Source: Lingula anatina
Lineage: Eukaryota > Animalia > Brachiopoda
Assembly: GCA_051362555.1 (NCBI GenBank)
Contig: CM120642.1
Coordinates: 5,890,001-5,954,000 of the forward strand
Reading direction: 5' to 3'
DNA: 64,000 bases
A program made the translations under genes and the position numbers. Below, piece after piece: positions 38,340-52,245 of the stretch. The first letter of the stretch is position 1. Each line of letters begins with the position of its first letter. The notes under the pieces are model-generated. The model was not told the DNA's origin. It saw only the letters and a program-made list of their open reading frames with translations, and ran no database searches.

Positions 38340-40540
38340 CGTGCGAGGAGTAGGGTTACACTTTCCATGGCTTACCAACTCTCCCATCACGTATTAATTG
38401 ACACAACTTTGGATAATGATACAATAGGCGGTATTTTCACAAAAACAGTTTAAAATGTCAAATACATCCCATCCCACGCTGGTTCCTGTTTTATATAACA
38501 GCGAAGGTTTCACACCATTTTTTCCTAATATAAGCAGTCAGTAGGCAAACAAAAATTTCCGGGATGCAAACACACACCGTGCATCCTTAAACCTACGCAA
38601 TAAAACAATAGTTATCAGATTTGTTACGGTGTTTTCGAGTGTACCAGTTACAATGCACGATCCCTTTTTTGCAGATAATCTGCTGGGGTTTTGTACTGGT
38701 TTCTATTTATCTTAAAATTTTTAAGCAGGACAGTTTTCTTTTATATTTTAAATTCTATTATGTTTTTTTAATATCCACTGTAGAAATCAATAATCAACCG
38801 ATTTCTCAATTGATAAATTTCTCTCTTTCTTCCTTCTATGACTGAGGTGGGGGTGAATTCCGGACGCTCTCCATTTTCCCTGAAATACAATATTCGCCCT
38901 TTAGAATTTCTGCACCGAAATTAACAAAGAATCAAGATGATCTGTCAGGTCCAATACTTTCAATTAATTCCGCACTGCAATGAAAGCTTCCTACGAATAT
39001 CTGATGCTAATGCAGGAAATCACGATTTCACAGGATTTCTAGGAAAATGGACACAGCTCACCGATCAATAATCTTATCAGTTAGTGATGGTCACTTAGTG
39101 TGCTTAGCAACCATTAACGGAAGAGCTATCATTCCGCTTGCTGCGTAGATCGAATGCTTCAAACTTCGAGGAAAAGCGAATTACTTCAAAATGGTGGTCG
39201 AAAATCGCAAAGGCTGTCATTGTGCGTGTTTAATGCAAGTTTTATTCTCCGCGTAGCGAGTGCGGTGTACATGTATGTATGTATATGCTTAAAATTGCAT
39301 TTGAATGAAACGAGATGTCGTTTAAGGTGAGGGAAATTAAAGAAGTGTGCTCTGGCTCTTGACAAATAAAATAGTGCCCAATCGGCCCTTTGTTTATCAT
39401 GCCAGGAAAACATGAAAAAGAATAGAGATAGATAGGGAATTTGAAAGTTCCCCATTTTCTATAAAGGAATTATTATTATCATTACTTCATATTTATTACC
39501 GCTCTACGACCTTCAGTACGCTTAAAATTGTATTATGGATTGGTTTTCATCCGTTGTCTCCAAACAGTTGCCTCATTGTTTACACTGGTTGCTACGGCAA
39601 CGCTATGCCATCACGGACTATTGATAATCAATTCATAATTCAGGTAATATGTCCATAGCGACAATTACCATTATAGATGTGGTGTTAGTTGAGAAAAATA
39701 TTGTGTGTGCTTGCGTTTGTCATTAAGACATCCTCTAATGAAGAAATTTTCAACAGTTATTCAGCGTAGATTGATGACGTGGAAACAACCGTTTTAAAAA
39801 TTGAAATCAAGAATATTAATTTGAGTGCGGAGAGCCCATTAGGGTGCATTTTGTAATGGCGGAAACTTAAATTATTCATATGACGCACGTGTAAAATTTT
39901 GGATACGTATGCCCCCTCTTCGTCTTTACATAATCTGGTTCACAGGAACCAAACAGATATAAAGCGAGTAAAGTAGGAAGGCAAGTTTCAGGAATAACAA
40001 ATAGATAATGAAATGAACGTTCAAAAAAAGTTATAATGAATATTTGATGAAGAAATTACTAAATCGGTTATTGAGAGCTCACTAATGTAATATACAATGG
40101 TTTCTTTCCGTGAACGTGAGTGTAGTCTTGTAGGTGTAGCCGGCGTTTGTTTCGTGTGCAACAAAATGAAATGCATTTTTTTTTATTCCTGCTTTGGTTT
40201 CATATAATTTGTGTGGTGGCAATTTTTTCTTAAAAGACTGCCATTAGTTGGACTCTCACTGTTCTAGTAACTAAATAGCTTTAGGCACCACATCGTTACA
40301 TTACATGTATATACTGTTGTCCTTAGGAAATATGATGTATGGTGACAAATACATGTAGGTTTGTGGGGCTGGGGGATAGACCTACCCTTGTCACAATAAT
40401 AAAATAACATTCATATTCGTACATATCCTTGTAGCACAAAGCACCTGCAAAATCGTTAATGCTAAACCACCTGGTGTTGGCCCGAAATTAAAACGACGTA
40501 AAGTGCGTCATAAGAAGACCGGATTGCTCAAGCTGCAATA

Positions 40541-40585
<45 letters not shown>

Positions 40586-41358
40586 CTGGCATGTTTTAAA
40601 TCGGTTATCCGTCCAAAATTATCCTGACCTAAACTTTGCTAGAGTCCACAAATTTACGCTTCCATATCAAAAATTACTTGGCATACTTCCAAATTTTATT
40701 GCGAAATTCAGTTTCTCTGATAAGCAAAACGACACGAGCTTTCCTACCTACGTTGCTCACAAAGAATTATAACTGACTGACACAAAATCAATGAAAACAA
40801 GGTTCTGCAATGTATTGACATTTGTGAAAAAAACTGAATTATACGATATTCCGCGAAGTATTCATTTTCTCACTGTGTGACCGATTGATTGTTTTCATTA
40901 TCTTCAAATCTTTTCTTTCTTTTTGTTTTATTTTCATAAAATGCATCTTACGAATACTTTTCAAAAACGTTTATAAAATGTGTAAAAAAGCGTTGGAATC
41001 ATGTCCCTGACGAATTCTACGATATTCTGTAGCGTGAAGATGTATTGATTTATCTAGAATTCCTTGTTCTCAAACACCCACATCGTATCAGCTCCGGCTT
41101 CTCCATTAAGGTAATATTTAAGACATAAACTTGTGTACATTTACATTTCTATGTTTTAAAAGTTTACAAAAATAATTATGATAAATATGGTGATGTTCTC
41201 CTATCTAGTTGTACTGGTTGGAGAATCAGAATGACCCCAGAACAATTGTCAAAATGCAAAGATCTGATGTTGAGTGTTGCTGAGATTAGACGAACAACCC
41301 AAAACGTTGGGCATAGATAATGCGTGTAACACGCCCAAAATACGTATAATACGCGCGC

Positions 41359-41392
<34 letters not shown>

Positions 41393-44300
41393 GAGTGGGG
41401 GGGGGGGGTTTCATGGTCGAACTCGCTCAAGGGTTTGACATACGTATCGATTAATTTCAATCTACTTTCACACGCCCAGGGTATATAAAAACCAGATCGA
41501 TCTTTAATTGAACTGTTAGAATCACGCATGCCGCTCACCGCATAAACCGCAGCCCCATGCCACAGAGGGCCACAGCAGTCAATATATCACTTATAAAATA
41601 CCAAGCAATTTATCGGGAAAAAAGTTCAATTTCCAACAACGACGCGTTGTCACGACATTCCCACCGTTCTGTCAACGATTTTCCGGGGAGTGATGACCGC
41701 TAATTGTTGACTTCTAATGGTTTGCCAGAGGTGATGTGTCCGACTTACAGCAGGTTATGCCGTGTTAAGGAATTTTGCAATTTCTTCAACAAATATTTTC
41801 ACCAATGAGTGTAAATTGAAGCAAGAATACAGGAAATGGATACATTGTATTTATATGATTTGTCTATTTTTAATCACAAAGACAAAAGCATCGTTCACTT
41901 ACCTGTGAAAAATAATTTCATTGTTTCTTTTTCCATTTTTTTATTCAAGTTTGTGTAACTTAATTAAATAGTGCTCATGCACTCACGTCGCAAGTGAAAA
42001 AAAAGCAATACGCCAATCACAACTAAGGCCATATATGGCTTCTTACTTGACATACAGAATGAGTTCAATACACTGCCTACCTATAGTCAATTTTGATTAA
42101 CTTGAAATAATCAACTTCCCGAAAACCATAATATCTATGACAGCCAATACAATTTGAACCAAGCCAATGCACTCTAAAGTAACGGGAGAGATTTTATATC
42201 AAAATAAAACAAATATACATGATTAGCAATATATGATTTCAGTGATAAAAATAGCACAGGACCAAAGATTGCGAAAGATAGTCACGAGGTTCCTGGGTAC
42301 TAAATGGAATGCAGATTTGATCTGAAAAGTGTTCGGGACGATGTGAAGAGGCTAAGTTTACATTAGAATATAATTGAAATAATGGAAAGGTATCGAAAAC
42401 TCGATCAAAATCCATTGTAAAATTGACTAAATTTTCTGTGTTTATGTTAAGACCCTCTTTTGAATTTGAGTTCTTTTATGTTGATCCAGTGATTAACACT
42501 GGGCTGTAGCGGTTGTCCCAAATTTCACCCAGACAGCAATACAAGAAATCAACAAGACTGTGACCCAGTTTTACCCCAGACGGGATAGGAGGGGATCAGC
42601 CAAGTTCAAGTATTGATGTGCCGGTATTGTTGGCTTTGGGAGGACGCGGAATGGATACTGTGCAGTTATGTTAGTGAAGCCGGGGCCACCTATGGCTTTT
42701 TTTCCTCGTGGAATGAAAAGCGGTGTCATCGCCAGGTCAATTGTCTGTCTGTTTGATTTCCCGTTCTTGTCTGTCTGCAAAAAGTTTTTTCGGTTTTGTC
42801 TTAGTTTATTAACATATTGTATTCATAAGTGGAAATCTTGCTTTTTTCTTCTGAAGAATTAACGATTTCAAAATATTAAAATAAGAATCTTCTGTGCGGT
42901 ATTTGGTGCATTTACAAGTTACAGGCTCTGTACATTGCAGACTTAAAAAACAGTTCTGTATTAAAATACGTTGGTTATGTTTGGTTTTACAAAACAAAAT
43001 AAAATACGTTACATCACTTTCATATATTGCACTAAAATCATACACTTTTAAAACTTCTATTGCGTGTATGTCATCTTAAATTCTAAAGCACTATTTATAC
43101 ATAAAATGTGAAGACCGTGGGCCCCTTGCTACATAAATTAGTCCAAATCAAACAAGTATGTCGATTTGAATAAGTTTTAATTTGTCCCGTTTCTCACATA
43201 TTCATTCATGCTTTCCGGAGAGCGCAAATTATATCCTACGGTGCAGATGGCATCCTGTGTAAGAGCATGCGTACTTATTTCATTAATTATGGCAACTCAA
43301 TTTCCTAGTTCCCTCAACTTAAAGTTACACGCCTCGATCAATAGTTCATCCAGTTGGGGTCTCTTTTATCATGTTGATTGTTTCTATGTGTCAGATGCAT
43401 GCCTTCCAGTGGTCTTCCCGGTTGAGTTGAATTTTGGACCCATCACACACACACACGATCACATTATCATGGGCCCACGGTTGATTCTAGACCATGCCAG
43501 AGAGTGCCTACATCACTTGGATCACTGTAACACACGGGTATCGGAGATAAAAGATACTTTTTGGATGTACTCCAACAGGACCTGTTACCTTGTGTGACCT
43601 CCCCTAAGCAGGACTGGCGGGTACTTTATTGACATTTCTCGGACGTTGATATATCGCAGCTGGTAATGGAAAAGTTCAACATTCTATGAATGGCTATTTC
43701 CGTGGCCTGGATTGTCCTTACTATGACCGCCATACCAACATTCATGAACTTTTGACTGCTGCAAGCAAGGGTTAAATACGTTCGTTGTAAGGCTTCTGGG
43801 CGGCAAGTGAATTACACATTATAAGTCAATCTGTTGTTATATTGTAATTAGCTGATTAAATTATTTTGTGGCATATGGCTTAAATAAAAGTCAGATCCCA
43901 CCGAAGCCAATAAAAATAATGTCAATTTATCGCTGAATTGTTAAGTGATTGTCTTTTATAAGGATATTATATACGGAGTTGAAGTTATTTGGACTGTTTG
44001 AATGTAAATTGATTATATTCGATCCTCACCGACCTATTTATTATTGATGAACTGCTTACTTGTATAAAACATGTATGAATCTTTAGGACAAACTGCATAG
44101 TCATCGCATTCTTCAATCTGTGATAATGCCACAGCATCGCACGATAGTGTGACAATAGGTTAACAAGCGATCAGCTAACATGAATTGTGTTTAACCTTGG
44201 ACGGAGGAAAATTCGTTATATTCGCACAAGTTTTGGCAGAGAAAAAAATAATCAAATACTCGTGCGTTTTATTCGTCCAAGGCAAAAATGCGCACACATT

Positions 44301-46324
44301 CCGGATTTAAAAAAAGTAGCTGCTTTACAGTGTAGAGGTATACTTTTTCAGACTCTCAAATGAAAGGTTAGCCAAACTTGATCCGTGCTCACACTGAGCT
44401 ATCACATTGAGGATAAGTGGGTCATTTGAGGTGAAATGATAGGCCGGGCCCCCACGAGACGGGAAGATGAATCATTAGTTAAGATCAGTTCAAGTTCTGC
44501 TTCTTGTATTGGAATGATTAAATTATCCATAAAAATATTTGCTTGGAAATAAAAGTTCACCTCACAGGGAATGTCTTCTAACATGCCAGGTGCCAGCTGG
44601 GGGGATGACGTCACTTTTGAGCTAAAATTTCCATACCACTTTAATATGCACAGAATAACCAGAGAAATATCTGTCAATATCAAGTGGAAACATTCTCCCC
44701 GCGACCCTGGTGGATTGTAAAAAATGTCTAAATAACAAATATGTTACAAAGTTTTGAATCGATTTGGTTGCTCGTTTACGTAAAATATCGTCAATTACCA
44801 TGATCCTGGATAAAGATGCAACGGTTCTTTTAGTCCAGACTAAAGCTGAAACGGTTTGAGTTGACTCAAAACGCACTTCTTCAGCAGATCGAAGAGCTGA
44901 CTCTATGAGGTACGCGTTACTCTATAATAAAGGAATGAAGGAACTAAAATGATTTCTTGTTTTATTGTAACTTAGCTGTAATTGGGCAAGCGAGTTTCCT
45001 CAACTATAGACCGCAGGGTAACTAAAAAAAGGGCTTCCAAGGATATATTACAAGAAATTATATTGGCCTAATCAAACGACTTGCTAAGATGAAATGTACA
45101 AAATTCAACCGTCATATGGCTTGATTAGAAATAGCACCTTAGTCACATCTTGAACAAATAATATTCGTATAATTTGTCCAAGGTCATATTTAACAATATT
45201 ACTGTGACAGTAGCCCCTCTTATTGTATTTAAGATATTAATCAGTAAGCCTATAATAACTTATGTCAAGGCACAGTGACATTTTCCCCGAATTAAAGGTA
45301 CATGCAGTTCCAAGAACTTGCATGCAAAATGTTACGAAATATCCTTTATTAGGGAAAACATAAGAAAAGGGAAAACAGAAATTTATTAACAAGTTGTAGA
45401 GCTTCCCCGGCTCTTCTGTGGTATCTGTCTAAAATTTAAGCTGTCTGTGAACAAATGAATAGATGAATATAGAAACATGCTAGGAAATTGGAACGAGGTC
45501 CCTTATTAAAGAGAGAACAGGAACAAGTTTTTCAAATATTTTCCGTTGTAACAAACAAAAACAGACGCACACAGACAATAATTGAAGAAGGAGCTATAAA
45601 CGCTATTGATGAACTACAAAAGTTGCTGACTTCCGCTACATTTTAAGGTTTCTCTCTGCATGCAAAATCGAAACAGTCAGTGCATTTAGGAGGAAGAAAT
45701 ATAGCTGCTTCTTGTGTTATGATATGCAACACAGCGCCAGATAGAGAAAAGAAAATTCTTTTCCGCTAGTTAATCGTGCAGGAAGTGGTTTTAACTATAC
45801 GCTATAAGGGACAATGTTATCACTGTTTCACTTTCAGGTCTCTTTTTATTGAAACACTTCCTTCCATTGTTTGGTTTACCACGATGTAGGAAATATCAAG
45901 TTGACAACTTCTTTTCATATCAGCAGGATCAAGGTCTGATTATTAAAAATCCCAAACAGGGTTTACACTCGCTTTCAGCGGATCGCCGTACGTAAAACCA
46001 GATATTGATATCATGTTATTATCATTATTATTATTATTATTATTATTCAAGCTGTACCGGATTCTGTTTACATAACACTTCGTGCAAAAAAACTTTAAAC
46101 ACTCACTACTGTTTATTTTTCTATGTTAAAAAGCTCTGACATTAAAAAAACGCAAATAAATGACGTGACAAGATATACAAGAGGAAGTTCCAAAATATTC
46201 AGAACCTATGTGATATCTTATCGTTTCATTCTTGATTGAGCGTAAGAGCAGATCGAGGTCTGTAGTTCTTCGCGTTTTCACGCGCGTCTGCGTCGCTGTC
46301 GTCTTACCACGGTCTGTATATAGT

Positions 46325-46525
46325 CAGTGGTGGATTTAGGGGGAGGGGGGGTGTCACTAGCTGAATCATAGTTCTAAACGGTACAAAATGCTACCGTTCG
46401 CTCTCTAAAATATAAAAAAAATTTTCGGGCCCTTAAGCGGGCCCCGAACACCACGCACAGGGGGGTGTCTGTTTCGCATCCGCGGACCCCCCACCCCCCT
46501 TCAAATAATCCTGGATCCGCCCCTG
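46325..46525. mobile_element. MITE with CAGTGGTGGATTTAG / CTGGATCCGCCCCTG-type termini
   Basis: Imperfect terminal inverted repeats flanked internally by G-rich and C-rich runs; a similar left end CAGTGGCGGAT occurs at ~3284. Confidence 0.6.
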
Positions 46526-49500
46526 TGTGGTTCAACATGTAGACGTGACTTGGTAGTTTGCATCGGCATATCTGCGGCCAAAACCTCAAAGCCACATCCT
46601 GCGCTGTAGACTAATAATGGCCGACCCCCTATTTAACGAGAATTGCACGGTCCCACGATCTTTCACAACGTCGCACAAAACCAACCGGTTAAGTAAAACT
46701 ATAATTATTTCTAATATCTGTAGCTTTAATATCTGATGCAGGCCCGAATTTATGTACAAGCAGGTTGCTACGAGCAGTACAGCTAAGGAACACTGAGTTT
46801 CCCATATAAACAGAAATGCAAGAAAAGAAAATGTTTGATAAAAGAATGAATACCGGCATACCGGTATCTTTTTTGTAACCGAGTATTGCATTTTGAGTCA
46901 ATTAAAGAAAATAAGAGAGGTATATAGCAATGGGATATTTTATTAAAATGTGCAAAGTATGTTTCATTACCAAGACCAAATGCTGGCAGTCCCGTTATTA
47001 GCTATTTGGGGACACGACGGGGGTGGGTGGTGGGGGTGGGGGTGGTGGGGGGTGGTGCTCAGGGTACCAAGAGACCGACAATAAGACCCAGATATACGTG
47101 GTCCCAGGATATATAATACATTACCATAATGTTTGAAAATATTAGTGTTGTAGCCAAGGGAGTAGGCCTAAACCATATCTATTTAGAGTCCATTTGTACC
47201 ATTATCACCCCAAACCCTTCTGTATCCCAAATAATACGATCTTCAATTGGATGCTATATCAGAGTATGTCTATTACGGATGATATACGGTCGTGGATATG
47301 TTTGTTTGCACGTGACAGCACCCTGTGCTAGTTACAATACATGGGATTAGAACTCCTATTTTGTGGGTAGCTAATGGGAGATTTACACTAAAATAACCAC
47401 AAAGAAATCATTTACCAAAGAAATCATATGAAATATGAAGATGAGTCATAGTTTACATAAAAAAGGACACCAGATGGTCAGCTGGACTTCAAGGTCAAAT
47501 TATCTGCTTGCCGATCCATTATTTTATTGTGATTTATCTGTGGACACTTTGTCTGGTCTTCACAAGGGATTCTAAGATTATTTCTCAAAATAAGGCAATG
47601 TGAAAACATTAAAAGGCAAGGTCATTATGCAGGAATTCGAACCGCAATCTACAATGTCTTGAATATTGCAGCAGGAATTAAGGGGCGTGGTGTTATTACA
47701 GCGGTAATAGAGTTATGAAAAAGGGAGAGGAATTGGAGAAAACTGAGAAATACACGTGTATAACTAACGATGTTACACGAGACGGTGTAACATCGGATTT
47801 TCTTCTTAGATATGCAATATCCTGACGGAGATCAGTTATTTCATTTTTGAAAGAAAAGGATGCAACTGTCAACGTGATATTAAACTTTGATGCAAGTTAT
47901 GAAAAAAGAACACACGATTTGAGTCGAAGACAAACCCTAAAACTGCCCAGGTAATAAAGTGTACAAGTCCGAGGTGGGCCACGTGCCCTTCCCTCCCCCC
48001 CCCCTCCCCCCCCCCCCCCCCGGCGCCTTTGGGTGTGGAGGCGTCCATCTCTCCCCATTCTCCCTCTTGATAAAACCAGTAAAACGGTACAGCGAAAGAA
48101 AGGAGACAAAATAAAGCAATTTGTGATCCTTTGTGCCCATCATATTACAGTAGAATGAAGATTAGTCCTTGCTTTCTATCTTACATTTGTTTCTCTTCAC
48201 TCGGTAATAGCAGTATCCTTGTGTGCCCCCCTTCCACCTCAACTTCAGCAAAAATTCTTAGATAAACCAGTGCACCTCAAAAACTGTTCTCAGACACAGT
48301 GTTGTGATAAAATTACTGAAACTGCTTGCGAATGTCATCAAGAGCTGATTCATGATTCGGCTGTTAAGACAGGAAAGATCACGCAGAAATGCATGCGGAC
48401 TGCTGTCATTATTTTAAAATACCTGTCAATTGTCGTGAGTTTGCAGAAAAATCTCGTCTGAGAAGACTGCCGATTAGAGCGTCACACGAAACTATAACAA
48501 AATGACAATGATATGACTTCAAGTAAAAAAAAGCGCTAGGTGTCTATAGCTATTTGCATGTTGGCACGAACTTTTGGCTTGGGGTGGGGGTGGGTAAAGT
48601 TTCATGGACGGATAACCACGGATCGTGCTTATAAAATGATTTTAACCTAATTCTACATATAAGGAAATACAAAAGAGTAGAAAAAATAGCATTTTCTTAA
48701 CAAATGAATTCTTGTTATTACAGGTGTTAAGGAAATCTCAAGTGGAAACTTACATAAAGCCTTTACTTGGGGGGGGGAGGTACAGTAAATTTCCATGGTG
48801 CAGTAGCCAATGCATCTAACAATTTCATCAAGTAAACAAGTAAAAAAGTCTGCACAAGAGCCATGCGTGAGGAATGCTGAACGTTAAGTACGTTCCGCAT
48901 ACGTTCTTGTAAAAAAACAATAAATATAAGAACCGACCCACTTAGCGGTGCTACCATCGCCTCGCCCCTTCACATAACAGGAAATTCCTCGAGAATCGTT
49001 TCCATACACAGGGAACCCCGACTGTATGTCTCGCACATGTAAATATTCAGTCACAGACAGAATAACGCGTTCTTTCTGTGTTTATGGCAAATAGTTACAA
49101 GCCACGCGTTTGGTATATAGGTAAATAATTTGAAAATACTGCGAAGTGACAGCGTACTGACTGTCATAGTGCGCGTGGAAAAATAGAAAAGACAGACTTA
49201 GAGAGGTTCTTTCTGGTGATGCTTCAAAACGATCTGAAGCGGTAGATAAACGAGACAAATTATTTATTTCATGGTTTTAGTCTCAAATATATATATAATA
49301 ACTCTGTATGACTCATAACGAATCCTCGCTCCTTAAGTGTCTATTGAATTTTTTGGCCTTCTCGTCTACCGAGGTTTTTGACCCCAAAAGATTTATTCCA
49401 AGCTTCTTATGGAATGCGTCATATTTGGACATAATCCAGAAATATTGCGTTTTATCACATCTCGCGTCGTGGCTATTTTGCAGTGATTATTTCTCCGTGC

Positions 49501-49934
49501 GTGATACGAATGAGATATTTAACGCCTTGAGATGTCCATGATATTGCTTTAAACAGCTTATTTTTTTATACCTCCGATTCAACCCTGGGCGTCTGATTCG
49601 ATGTGCAGATTTTTCCATCATTTCCAAACAATCTTTCATGCTGATATGCCCATATATGCACACACACATGAGGACATATGTGAAAATGTGCAATGAAGAA
49701 GCTTGACCGCCGTGTCTTTAAAACTAAGCCTAATTCTGTTTTCTTTACGTGCAAAATGTTGCAGTTTCAGTCGATTTAACTTTCTTTTGTGGGGTTTTCT
49801 AACCTATATTAATATAGGCTTTATTAAGGAACTTCATCCTGCAATATTTTAATCATTCTCCTTTTTCATTCTGTACTGATGTTCATCTCAACAATCTGTG
49901 ATGCAATATAGGTACATTGGTACCTGGTTATTAC

Positions 49935-49966
<32 letters not shown>

Positions 49967-51613
49967 TTATATCGCATAGGCGTTGGAGTCTACGTTATGT
50001 ATATATGTGTGTATAAGCGAGGAGAACCCGTCAAAATCTACACTTGACGTGTTTTATGAATATGACTGATGCCTGCAAAGGCTGCTATAGGTTAAACATC
50101 CATGAAGAATGAAAGCCATTAAAAGCTGGGAAGGCGCCTCTTATTGCATCGTTATGACGCTCTAAGCACCGCAAGGAGTGAGACGTACCGCACTCGGTGC
50201 ACTTTGCTCCGGTATTCGGTCCACGTACCTGAGCAATGCACGTAGCAGCGGGTAGTCCGGAATGAGGAAAATGAGAGAGAGAGAGAGAGAGAACTATAAA
50301 TGCTGGTGCGCTTGTACTGGTGCGTATTTTTATTTGTGCGCGTGCGTGCTTGTATGAGCATACGCGTTATCATTTGTGTGTCAATGCCGCATATTCGAGC
50401 TTGTGCGTGTGCGTGCGTGTTCCCCAGTTTGTGTTGTACACCACGAAGAATGCGCTAATTTTTGCATTTAGATAACGCATGGAAAGGAAGAGTTTATTTT
50501 TAAACTCCCATTTTCCAGGAGCGCCGCGTGTGCAAACTCAAGTCAACAGTAACTGCAAACCTCTTGCACCCGCTTTGTACTTCCGCTCACCCTGCGTTTC
50601 AGAGGTCACTGAAAACTCACATAGCTGCCAGCATGTCTGTACCGACACTGGAAAGTTACCAGGGACCGCCGACACCCAGGGTGACTTCCGCGGCATTCCT
50701 GACTGCTCACAGTGTACCTGTGCTCCGGTCAATTTCGTTCAGGTGTCAGGGAGGGCCATATCAGCGCACACTCCTCATTCATCATCCTAAATATGTCAGC
50801 ATCTCTCTTCCAATAAGTGCGTTCACACAATACAACGATCAGAACCATTGCAGCGTATTCTCATTCACATTTACATATGTCATACCTGTCATACTTTTTT
50901 TGATTCGAACATTCTATCCAGAAATTAATTAAGTTTTTTTTTCTTTTGATAAGGCTACCATGGTAGATCTAAGTGGCCTCTAACCTATAACTTAATGATT
51001 GCATTTAGACATGAAGGGAAAAATTTAAAAGAATATGGATTATGAATTATTGGACTAGGTATCCTATGGAAGGTGACCCACAACTACACTGTCCCATTGC
51101 TAGGCGAGCAAGTTCGGCCGTAAATAAAACAATAGATAATCAGGTGAATGATTGAAAGAAAAACGACGATATTGATGAAGGAAGGAATGAATTAGTGATT
51201 GATTGAATGAATGAATGAATGAATGAATGAATGAACCGATCAATCACTCAATCAATCAATCGATTTTCAGCATGAATTTCGTCCGAAATTGCAATCAAAC
51301 CAGGATCGAATCAGACCATTTTTTCCTCATGTAAACACGCCAACATCTAGAGACCTCACACGCCATGATGTCCTGGATGTACAGTCAGGGTCGCACTGTC
51401 CCGAATATCAGTGCCGAGGACAATAACGGGCGTGTCACTTAGAAGTTAAGAGATGAATAACCTTTGAACACACGGGTATGTTGTGTATGCCAAGCAGCCC
51501 GGTGTGCGGGAGACTGTGCTGACATCTGGCGTTGATATGCTCTAGGCTAGTAAGCCGCCGTGGTTTGACATATACCTGTAGACAGTTTACTATACTGTAT
51601 AATACATATGCAG

Positions 51614-51753
51614 TATTATTACTGATGCATCTCTGAAGATCTACTTCTAAATTTTCATTTTTTCATAATCCCCGAAGAAGGCCTAGGGGCCCAAAGCTCG
51701 GAGTATATATGACATCTGTAAAGTAGATCTTCAGAGATGCATCAGTAATAATA
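51614..51753. mobile_element. 140-bp MITE-like element with perfect 33-bp terminal inverted repeats
   Basis: tattattactgatgcatctctgaagatctactt (51614-51646) is the reverse complement of 51721-51753. Confidence 0.75.
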
Positions 51754-51934
51754 TTTATTTTTTCCTTAAGATCTATACGGTGAATCGGCACGAATCTTCA
51801 TTCATATGCAGAGACCTGTTTTGTGAACCACCTGAGATGCGACCAAGACCACTATATTAGTTCTTAGAGTGTTCCTCGTATTTTATATGTGAACGGGTCT
51901 TTCATTCAAACTTTTGTTTTCAACGAAATAACTG

Positions 51935-52245
51935 TCTAGGAACTGTAGTCCGTTCAGCATTACTTAGTACAGGTAACATTTGTCCCATATACTAACCCCC
52001 ATACTTCGACTAACCCTAACCTGTACTAGTCATATGGGACCCCAGAATTCCATTCCAAGAACTACAATTCCTGTCAGACCGGTGTAACAGGAATGGAAGT
52101 CCGCTAGGAACCGTACGCGTTGTTTGCTTCCCATATTACTTTCTACAAGTGACATTCGTCCCATATACTAACCCCATTACTCCAACTATCCCTAACATGT
52201 ACTAATCATATATGGGAGCCGGGACTTCCATTCCTGTTAGACCGG
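51935..52245. mobile_element. Tandem dimer of the taaccctaacc-containing element also found at 9922-10088
   Basis: Two head-to-tail copies, each with gtcccatatactaacccc..ccctaac..tgtacta..catatggga..ttccattcc. Confidence 0.75.
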
